Positions 56,521 to 64,000 of a stretch of DNA of 64,000 nt are shown here, in pieces. Position 1 is the first letter of the stretch. Every line of letters begins with the position of its first letter. The stretch comes from Chitinophagales bacterium (GTDB lineage Bacteria > Bacteroidota > Bacteroidia > Chitinophagales > JADIYW01). The stretch lies in contig DAORIK010000003.1 in the NCBI GenBank assembly GCA_035438465.1, forward strand, positions 4,886 to 68,885. Direction: 5' to 3'. The notes under the pieces are model-generated. The model worked only from the letters and a program-made list of their open reading frames with translations. It was not told the DNA's origin and ran no database searches. The position numbers were made by a program, and so were the translations under genes.

Positions 56521-56654
56521 ACTCTTTCTTTTTAATCTTGAAAAATCGTGTAATCAAATTTAGAAAAATAATTTCAATAAATCAAACTATTTTAACAATT
56601 TTAGTTTAATTTTACAACGATAAGAGATATTTAATTAACATTAGTAAAGCAATT

Positions 56655-57254
56655 ATGGGCAGAAATGCGGTTTTAAAAACAAGAAATGCAAATCCGAAAA
56701 AACGGGATTTATATATTTTGAAGCTTACGGAAACATTTAAAAAACACGGATTGAAGAAGTTTTCGATGGACAGTATTGCTGCAGAACTGAAGGTGAGCAA
56801 AGCAACCTTATATCATTATTTCAGTTCCAAAGATGAGATGGTGGAGATTTGCCTGATGAATGTATTGAGTCAATTAGGTAATTTTGAAAGCATCACAAAA
56901 GATAACTCTATTTCTTTTGAAACCAGATTTTACAGGATACTGGAATTATTCTCCCATACATTTACGGATATATCTAATCTTTTTCTGGCAGATTTGCAGG
57001 ATGAATATCCAATGCTTTGGAAACAAGTACAGGCATTTATTGACTATGTGACACAGGTGCTGACTGATTTCTACAATGAGGGGAAAAAGGAAGGTATATT
57101 TTCAGATATACATACTTCTATTCTGGTGATGAGCGACCGTATGTTTTTCAATGCAATTTCAGATGTGGAGTTTATGCAAAAAAGCAATATTACGTTGCGT
57201 ACGGCTTTTGACGAATATTTCAGAATGAAATGTTTCGGTTTTATAAAACAATAG
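56655..57254 (+). CDS. TetR/AcrR family transcriptional regulator
   Basis: HTH GLKKFSMDSIAAELKVSKATLYHYFSSKDEM. Divergent from alkB. Confidence 0.85.
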   Translation: MGRNAVLKTRNANPKKRDLYILKLTETFKKHGLKKFSMDSIAAELKVSKATLYHYFSSKDEMVEICLMNVLSQLGNFESITKDNSISFETRFYRILELFSHTFTDISNLFLADLQDEYPMLWKQVQAFIDYVTQVLTDFYNEGKKEGIFSDIHTSILVMSDRMFFNAISDVEFMQKSNITLRTAFDEYFRMKCFGFIKQ

Positions 57255-57265
57255 AGAATAAAAAA

Positions 57266-57285
57266 TTTAAACACATAGACGCATA
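57266..57285. repeat. left arm of a second CACATAG-type inverted repeat (no gene inside)
   Basis: TTTAAACACATAGACGCATA is complementary, with one mismatch, to 57409-57428. Confidence 0.7.
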
Positions 57286-57408
57286 AGAGTTCTATGTAAA
57301 TCGAAGATTTTCTATGTATTTCTGCTTTGGTTTTACATTGCTCTTTTTTGACTTATCAGATTTCATAAGAAAGCAGAGAAAAGAATAAATTTTTTTAAAA
57401 CAAAAAAC

Positions 57409-57428
57409 TATGTGTCTATGTGTTTAAA
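57409..57428. repeat. right arm of the second inverted repeat
   Basis: TATGTGTCTATGTGTTTAAA contains two tandem CTATGTGT octamers. It overlaps the stop codon of the epimerase gene. Confidence 0.7.
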
Positions 57429-58363
57429 GAAATAGAAAAACTTGCTGTAATTTTTTCACCTTGTTTTAATGTTTTGCAACTGTTTTTATTCAGTGCATTT
57501 GTTGCAGCCGTCATTGGTTCTATACAAACATACCATTTATCTGGATGTGACGGCGCATAGATTTGTGCGAACGGATAATTCTTATCGAATTGAACTTTTA
57601 TATTATTTAGCTGGAATTCAGCAAAGTCATTTTCAAATGACAAATTTTGAAACCCGTCGTCAAATGCATTATTTTCTAAAGAAATTTCATCTCCATTAAA
57701 ATTCCATTTTACAGATTTATCAACGCTGGTGCCTGTCGGAATCATATTATTATTTACTTCAATTACTTCATTGGCAGGAATTTTTAAACACATATTTTTC
57801 TGCGATTTTAAAAAATACGGATGAAATCCGAAACTAAGCGGCATTTCTTTTTCATCTTCATTTATAATGGTCGTTTCAACTTTCAATTCACTGCCTTGCA
57901 ACAAATGTTTCATAAAAATTTTATGCTTGAATGGAAAAATGGAAAGAAAATCCTCATTTTCAAAAATAAATGCTGCGACATGATAACAACTATTTTCGTT
58001 TTCATTTAATTCAACCGTTTTCCATTTATCTGACTTTAATAACAAACCATGCAGCGGCAAGTTATTCCCATCTCTGTACAACAAGTGCAACAGTTGTTTT
58101 GGAAAATCATGTTTCGTATTTTCAATTCGCAAATATTCACCTTCCAAACGGTTTGCCCAGGGATGCATAAACGGATTACCGGCTAATCTAAAATTGGTTT
58201 TATATTCATTTAATGTAAAAGGGAAATATAATTTTTCATCATCATTAGATTTTAACGAAAACAAAGTATTGCCAATATTAACAACTATCTCAACTGAAAC
58301 AATATTGTTCATTAATTGTATAATTTCAAAATCATTTTGAAATATTTTTTTGAAACAGTGCAT
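57416..58363 (-). CDS. aldose 1-epimerase family protein
   Basis: GNPFMHPWANRL, LHGLL and FGFHPYF motifs of the galactose mutarotase-like fold. Confidence 0.8.
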   Translation of the reverse strand: MHCFKKIFQNDFEIIQLMNNIVSVEIVVNIGNTLFSLKSNDDEKLYFPFTLNEYKTNFRLAGNPFMHPWANRLEGEYLRIENTKHDFPKQLLHLLYRDGNNLPLHGLLLKSDKWKTVELNENENSCYHVAAFIFENEDFLSIFPFKHKIFMKHLLQGSELKVETTIINEDEKEMPLSFGFHPYFLKSQKNMCLKIPANEVIEVNNNMIPTGTSVDKSVKWNFNGDEISLENNAFDDGFQNLSFENDFAEFQLNNIKVQFDKNYPFAQIYAPSHPDKWYVCIEPMTAATNALNKNSCKTLKQGEKITASFSISLNT

Positions 58364-58364
58364 A

Positions 58365-61300
58365 CTAAGTCATATTTATTTCTATCAATTCCATATTTTT
58401 AACATACAATAAATAACCCTGAATTTTTTGCTTGAGCGTGCTTCTGCAAGCATTCATGTATTCTTGAAGTTGAACAACGTGTGATTTATCTTTTGCACCT
58501 GTTTTGTAATCAATCACGATACAATCATCATTATTTAATAGAATCTTATCCGCTTTTAAAATACGGTCATTATATAATAATTTACGTTCGTTAAAATGTT
58601 GCCATTTTTCATCAAACCAATTATTCTTTTCAAATAATCCAATAATATTTATTGATATATCTGAATATAATTCTACTTCTTGTTCTGTTAATGTTGTTGT
58701 TTTTATCGCTTTGGATAATTGATTGGGATGATAAATCTTTGATAAAACTTCATGCAGATCATTTCCTTTTACTTGTGCTTCGTTGTATTCTTTCTTTGTT
58801 GCCAAAGGAATTCTGGTTTTAAAATCATGAAACAAGGCTGGCTGTAACGAAACAACGGATATCATCTCTTCTTCACCGGATGTCGTTGTATTTTTATTTC
58901 CAAAGGAGAACTCGTGTGTGTCAGAAATACTATGCTGTAAGTTTAATTTTGGGATTATCGTACTTAACAACCTGCTTACGTTTTGCGGTAATAACTCATC
59001 TTTTGGTTTTTTTTCCGAAGCTGATAAAATATACAATTGCTCTTCAGCCCTTGTAAATGCTACATACAACAGATTGACATTATCGATATAGTTTAATTCT
59101 ATTTCTTTATGGTAATCATCTTCAAATAAACTGTTTTCCATTTTCTTTGTCATCTCCGCAGGAAAAACATTCAACTGATTAAATGGTGGTTCATCGCTTC
59201 TCACCCAAATCGCTGAATCAGATTTTGGTCTCATACTCCAATTCGCATAAGGCACAATCACCACCGGAAACTGCAATCCTTTTGATTTATGGATAGTATA
59301 AATTTTTATCGCATTCATTCCTTCCGGAGGAATGATAGACAACTTATGTTTTTGTTCATTCCAGTAATCCAGAAATTCACTGACAGACCCGGAATACGAC
59401 TGAGCATAACTAAAAACAATATCCTGAAAACGAAGGAGGTAATTATCTGCGTGTTCATCTAATGATAAAGCATTCATCAGTATAAATATCAATTCATTCA
59501 CTGCAACAGAAGACAACTGCTGTACATTCTTCTTTCGCAATGTTTCGATTCGTTCTTCAAAAAAATAAGATGAATTCTGTTGTTTCACAAGATACTGCTC
59601 TGTTTGCTCCATCTGCAGAAATTGTGCATACAGATAATTCAGTTTCACTGCATAAAAATCTTCTTCAGGATATAATATGTATTCCAAAGCTGCTATCAAT
59701 AGCTTTACTGTTAACTGATGCTGCAACAATAATGATTCGGCTGAAACTACCGGAATCTGATGCTCCTGAAGGTAATTGGCTACAGCGGCACCATGCATAT
59801 TATTACGTGTCAAAACAGCTATATCACTATACTTTTTAGTACTTTCCAATGATTTTATTATTTCCAGCAGTGCTTCCAGCTGCACATCTTCTTCATCCGA
59901 TTTTTCCAGCCATATGCACTGGACAAAGCCAGTCTTATCTGTTTTAATAATTTGTTGTTCCACATCAGCTAGAACATCTTTAAACAAGGGATTTTTTAAA
60001 TTTATTTCATTTTTAATTGTTGAAAAAAAAGCATTGTTGAATTCAACGATTTCTTTCGCACTTCTGTAATTTTCTTTCAGTGAAATATCATTCCTGTTGT
60101 CCCAATGATACATTAAATCCGGAGCAATACCATCAATAATTAATTCCATTCTTCCTCCACGCCAGCGGTAAATGCTTTGCTTAGGATCGCCAACGATAAG
60201 CACCAGCCCGCTAATGTTTTGTAGTATTTCGAGCAGCAAAGGCAGCATACCTTTCCATTGCAGGGAAGAAGTATCCTGAAATTCATCTATCAGAATATAT
60301 TTTAAAAAACTTGCGGACTTTTCAAAAATAAATGGCACCTCTTCGTGTTGTGCAATCAGACTGACAATCTGATTGGTATCTGAAATCAGAATCAAATTCT
60401 TATCAGATTTATATTCCTTTATTTTGGAATTAATAAACTCCAGCAACGCCAATGAGTAGATATTCTTCAGCACAATTTCAGCGGCATTATATTTTTTTTC
60501 ATGTTCTTGCTGTTGTCTTAAAACATCCATCAGATATGGCTTCACCGTTTTATTCCATACATTTTCCATTGCTCTCTTTACTATCGCATCTTTTGCATTT
60601 TCTTTTGACAGAATTTCATCTGTTTCTATCATTTTAGCTAAGGTCGTTGTGAATTCAGGTTCGTAGTTTTTTGTTTTTTTTACGAATGACAATATGGTAC
60701 TTTTGCCTTTAAACAAATTAAAATCAATGTTTTGATGTGCAGCTTTTTGTTCAAATTGTTCCGTTAAATCATCTAATTTTTTTCTGTAACTAAAAACAAT
60801 TTGTTTTAGTGCTGTCAATGTATTTTTATACGTTTCAATATCGAATCGCTGATTACTTGCAGTAGCCAGCAATTGATAGTCTTCACTGAGTAGTTGCCGG
60901 GCGAGTTTTGCAATATTCTTTTCAATCTTCCAGCTCTTATCTTCTTCAATTAAATCAAACACATACTCTTCCAGCCATTTTGAAAATGCATCTTTATCTG
61001 TTTTGTATTCTTTCAGCATAGCTTGTACAGCTTGCTGAATTACCATATCAGTATCCAATTCTACTTCCATACCAATAGGCAAATCCAACTCCTTTGCAAA
61101 GGAACGTACAATGCTTTGGAAAAAACTGTCAATGGTAGAAATATTAAAATTGGAATAATCATGCAAAATTAATTGCAACGCAATACGAACATTTTTATCA
61201 AAATATTCACTTATATCAACATTCTTAGTTTGTTTTATTTCTTCTATAATAGATTTCCTGAGTGAAGTAATTTTCTCTTCCTTTTTTTCTAACAAACTCA

Positions 61301-61481
61301 AGTACTCAATAATACGGGTCTTCATCTCGGCAGTTGCCTTTTTGGTAAAAGTAACTGCCAGTATTTTATTATAATCATACGGATTGAACAGCACGATTTT
61401 CAGATACTCTTTTGCTAAAGTATACGTTTTGCCGGAACCTGCTGACGCTTTGTATAAAATTAAATCCGATATTTCTTTCAT
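58365..61481 (-). CDS. UvrD-family helicase with a C-terminal PD-(D/E)XK nuclease (AddA-like)
   Basis: Walker A ASAGSGKTYTLA, helicase motifs (IDEFQDTS, GDPKQSIYRWRGG, VAFTRA), and a C-terminal nuclease motif (ADKIL...VIDYKTG). I prefer the ATG at 61481 over the GTG at 61493. Confidence 0.85.
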   Translation of the reverse strand: MKEISDLILYKASAGSGKTYTLAKEYLKIVLFNPYDYNKILAVTFTKKATAEMKTRIIEYLSLLEKKEEKITSLRKSIIEEIKQTKNVDISEYFDKNVRIALQLILHDYSNFNISTIDSFFQSIVRSFAKELDLPIGMEVELDTDMVIQQAVQAMLKEYKTDKDAFSKWLEEYVFDLIEEDKSWKIEKNIAKLARQLLSEDYQLLATASNQRFDIETYKNTLTALKQIVFSYRKKLDDLTEQFEQKAAHQNIDFNLFKGKSTILSFVKKTKNYEPEFTTTLAKMIETDEILSKENAKDAIVKRAMENVWNKTVKPYLMDVLRQQQEHEKKYNAAEIVLKNIYSLALLEFINSKIKEYKSDKNLILISDTNQIVSLIAQHEEVPFIFEKSASFLKYILIDEFQDTSSLQWKGMLPLLLEILQNISGLVLIVGDPKQSIYRWRGGRMELIIDGIAPDLMYHWDNRNDISLKENYRSAKEIVEFNNAFFSTIKNEINLKNPLFKDVLADVEQQIIKTDKTGFVQCIWLEKSDEEDVQLEALLEIIKSLESTKKYSDIAVLTRNNMHGAAVANYLQEHQIPVVSAESLLLQHQLTVKLLIAALEYILYPEEDFYAVKLNYLYAQFLQMEQTEQYLVKQQNSSYFFEERIETLRKKNVQQLSSVAVNELIFILMNALSLDEHADNYLLRFQDIVFSYAQSYSGSVSEFLDYWNEQKHKLSIIPPEGMNAIKIYTIHKSKGLQFPVVIVPYANWSMRPKSDSAIWVRSDEPPFNQLNVFPAEMTKKMENSLFEDDYHKEIELNYIDNVNLLYVAFTRAEEQLYILSASEKKPKDELLPQNVSRLLSTIIPKLNLQHSISDTHEFSFGNKNTTTSGEEEMISVVSLQPALFHDFKTRIPLATKKEYNEAQVKGNDLHEVLSKIYHPNQLSKAIKTTTLTEQEVELYSDISINIIGLFEKNNWFDEKWQHFNERKLLYNDRILKADKILLNNDDCIVIDYKTGAKDKSHVVQLQEYMNACRSTLKQKIQGYLLYVKNMELIEINMT

Positions 61482-61528
61482 AATAGATTGCACAACGAAT
61501 TTAATTTTTTAATTTTGAAATTCACATT

Positions 61529-63301
61529 TTGCAAGTGGCTACTTATACTCGAATTTTTGATATTATTCAAAACCAATTAAATGTTTGTCCTTTAGAGCAG
61601 TGTTTATCCAGAAGGGAAGACCGCAAAACATGGACGAGCTATTCGACTCAGCAATTTATTGACACAGCGAATTTGTTGAGTCAGGGTTTGCTGCAGTTAG
61701 GCTTGCAAAAAGGCGATAAAATTGCCATTATTTCAACCACCAACCGGCCTGAATGGCATTTCACGGATTTAGCTTGCATGCAAATCGGCGTAGTAGATAT
61801 TCCGGTATATCCAACCATCAGCAGCAAAGAATACGAATTTATTTTCAATCATGCAGAAGTAAAATATGTATTTGTATCCGATAAACTGATGTATCGAAAA
61901 ATCTCGCAAATAATTCCAAATATTCCGAGTTTAAAAGCTGTATATAGTTTTGATGAAGTGGAAAACATCAAACACTGGAAAGAATTACTTATTGATGACA
62001 ATGTATTAAAATCACAAGTTACCGATATAAAAAAATCAATTCAGGAAGATGATTTGGCAACTATTATTTACACATCCGGCACCACAGGGATTCCTAAAGG
62101 TGTTATGTTGTCTCATAAAAATATCGTTTCTAATGTGAAAGATTGTCTGCTGGCTATTCCTTTGCAAAAAAGAGAAATTGTATTAAGTTTTTTACCGCTG
62201 AGTCATGTTTTTGAAAGAACTATCAACTACGTTTATTTTGCAGGGTGCGCCTCTGTCTATTTCGCAGATGGTCTCGAAACGATTTCTGATCATTTACAAG
62301 ATATAAAACCTAACTATTTTACCACTGTTCCGCGATTACTGGAACGGGTGTTTGAAAAGATTATAAAAAAAGGAAAGGCATTGACAGGCATCAAAAAGCA
62401 ACTATTTTTTTGGTCTGTAAATCAGGCGCAGCAAATAGAATTGGGAAAACCAAAAACATTTACGGAATCCTCCAACCTGATGGTTGCTAATAATTTTGTG
62501 TTTAATAAATGGAGAGAAGCCCTTGGCGGACGAATCAGAGCCATTATCTGCGGTTCTGCGCCCTTGCAGCCAAAGTTGGCTTCCATTTTTACCAATGCAG
62601 GTATTCCTGTACTCGAAGGGTATGGTCTTACAGAATGTGCACCTGTTGTAAGTGTTGTTCCATTTCGGGAAAAAGATTTCAGAGCCGGTTCTGTGGGTAA
62701 ATTATTGCCGAGTGTACAGGTTAAAATTGAAGAAGACGGTGAAATCCTTATTAAAGGACCTAATGTGATGTTGGGTTACTACAAAAATGAAGAAGAAACC
62801 AAAAAGGTATTTAACGAAGACGGTTGGCTTTTAACGGGCGACATTGGTGAATTTACACCTGACGGATTTCTCAAAATAACAGATAGAAAAAAAGAGTTAT
62901 TCAAAACATCGGGTGGGAAATATGTAGCCCCTGCTCCTATTGAAAATAAACTCAAAGAATCCTTTTTTATAGAGCAAATCGCCTTGGAAGGTGATGGTGA
63001 GAAGTACATTTCTGCACTGATTATCCCCAATTTTGACAACCTGAAAGAATGGGCTAAAAAACACGATATTTCCTTTCTGTCCAATAAAGAATTAATAGAG
63101 AATCAACAGGTAAAACAGTTTTATAAGGATATTGTTACAGAATTTAATGTTAACTTTGGAAAGGTGGAACAAATTAAGCATTTTGAGCTGCTGGCAGATG
63201 AATGGACAGTAGAAAATGGCTTACTGACTGCCACTATGAAATTACGCAGAAAAGTACTAAAAGAAAAATATAAAGACTTAATTGATTCTTTTTATAAATA
63301 A
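61529..63301 (+). CDS. long-chain fatty acid--CoA ligase (AMP-binding)
   Basis: AMP motif IIYTSGTTGIPKGVMLSH, GYGLTE, and TGDIGEF...ITDRKKELFKTSGGKYV. The start is non-ATG (TTG at 61529 or GTG at 61535). Confidence 0.9.
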   Translation: MQVATYTRIFDIIQNQLNVCPLEQCLSRREDRKTWTSYSTQQFIDTANLLSQGLLQLGLQKGDKIAIISTTNRPEWHFTDLACMQIGVVDIPVYPTISSKEYEFIFNHAEVKYVFVSDKLMYRKISQIIPNIPSLKAVYSFDEVENIKHWKELLIDDNVLKSQVTDIKKSIQEDDLATIIYTSGTTGIPKGVMLSHKNIVSNVKDCLLAIPLQKREIVLSFLPLSHVFERTINYVYFAGCASVYFADGLETISDHLQDIKPNYFTTVPRLLERVFEKIIKKGKALTGIKKQLFFWSVNQAQQIELGKPKTFTESSNLMVANNFVFNKWREALGGRIRAIICGSAPLQPKLASIFTNAGIPVLEGYGLTECAPVVSVVPFREKDFRAGSVGKLLPSVQVKIEEDGEILIKGPNVMLGYYKNEEETKKVFNEDGWLLTGDIGEFTPDGFLKITDRKKELFKTSGGKYVAPAPIENKLKESFFIEQIALEGDGEKYISALIIPNFDNLKEWAKKHDISFLSNKELIENQQVKQFYKDIVTEFNVNFGKVEQIKHFELLADEWTVENGLLTATMKLRRKVLKEKYKDLIDSFYK

Positions 63302-63315
63302 AAAATCAGGTGAAT

Positions 63316-64000
63316 ATGGAAGTTAAAAGATTATTTGACGTATTACATTATCAGAAAGAAATTCATCCTCAACAGGTTGCAATGGCTACCATAAAAAATG
63401 GGGATTGGTGGAAAGTCAGCACCGATGAATTAATCAATTTGTCAAATAATATGAGTTTAGGTTTACTTAAACTCGGCATACAAAAAGGAGACAAAGTGGC
63501 GGTTGTTACTTCTGCCAACCGCACAGAATGGAATATTTGTGATCAGGGAATCGGACAAATCGGAGCTATCAATGTCCCTTTATATCCAACCATCAGTGAA
63601 AAAGATTACGAATATATCCTCAATCATGCAGAAGCAAAAATTTGCATTGTTTCTGATGCAAAACTTTTCGAAAAAGTAAAAAATCTGGTTGCTTCCGTTC
63701 CTTCATTACAGAAAGTATATACATTTGACCAGGTGGACGGCGCACCAAATTATGAAGAAATTATAAAATCGGGAGAAGGCGGTGACGTAGCACAAATCAA
63801 AGCAATTTCTGACACTATCGACCCGAATGCTTTAGCTACTTTGATTTATACTTCCGGTACTACAGGAACACCAAAAGGCGTAATGTTGTCTCATCATAAT
63901 ATTGTATCAAATGTACTTACCGTTCGTGCAGAGCTACCTATTGTAGCCGGTCATACGGCGTTGAGTTTTTTACCGCTTTGTCACATTTTTGAAAGAATGG
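63316..64000 (+). CDS. second long-chain fatty acid--CoA ligase paralog (3' end truncated by the window)
   Basis: Not in the ORF track. My manual translation from the ATG at 63316 gives MEVKRLFDVLHYQKE...LIYTSGTTGTPKGVMLSHHNIVSN...SFLPLCHIFERM. This is colinear with the upstream paralog. Confidence 0.85.
   Translation, partial: MEVKRLFDVLHYQKEIHPQQVAMATIKNGDWWKVSTDELINLSNNMSLGLLKLGIQKGDKVAVVTSANRTEWNICDQGIGQIGAINVPLYPTISEKDYEYILNHAEAKICIVSDAKLFEKVKNLVASVPSLQKVYTFDQVDGAPNYEEIIKSGEGGDVAQIKAISDTIDPNALATLIYTSGTTGTPKGVMLSHHNIVSNVLTVRAELPIVAGHTALSFLPLCHIFERM

Noticed and set aside
56521-56654. Possible TetR operator in the alkB/TetR divergent region (AAACTA-N12-TAGTTT)
   Set aside because: The arms are only 6 bp in very AT-rich DNA, which is indistinguishable from chance.
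1-64000. Looked for CRISPR arrays, tRNA/rRNA genes, transposases, integrases and phage genes
   Set aside because: I saw no regularly spaced direct repeats of 25-40 nt, no tRNA-like T-arm/acceptor pattern in the intergenic regions, and no ORF with transposase, integrase or phage-structural motifs. A GGTTCGAT match near 4297 is an isolated word in a promoter region, not a tRNA.

Overview
This is a 64-kb, AT-rich, tightly packed chromosomal segment. It looks like Bacteroidota: a T9SS C-terminal sorting domain, TAnnTTTG -7 promoter boxes, no Shine-Dalgarno motifs, a GxxExxY gene and a WG-repeat protein. I count about 57 protein-coding genes, nearly all recognisable housekeeping or envelope functions. 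They include prfA, rbfA, guaB, recR, bcp, glyQS, rfbA, galE and grpE-dnaJ, plus a TetR-TolC-MFP-RND efflux operon and a Wzx/Wzz/O-antigen-ligase cluster. Also present are AmgK/MurU-type MurNAc salvage genes, a PhoR/PhoB-like two-component pair, an AlkB-type hydroxylase with a divergent TetR, an AddA-like helicase-nuclease and two tandem acyl-CoA ligases. I found no rRNA, tRNA, CRISPR array, transposase, integrase or prophage genes, and no convincing new multi-gene system. The observations worth a second look are: (1) TAnnTTTG boxes abutting start codons at eight genes, implying leaderless mRNAs and correcting several ORF-track starts. (2) An AmgK-type kinase fused to a RapZ C-terminal domain. 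(3) A GxxExxY gene bracketed by perfect inverted repeats, plus a gene-less copy of the same repeat pair elsewhere. (4) A dispersed GTCATT...GAATC hairpin repeat family, one copy of which supplies the C-terminus and stop codon of an ABC ATPase. (5) An AT-rich orphan gene next to guaB. Motif coordinates were read by eye and may be off by 1-2 nt, especially near homopolymer runs.
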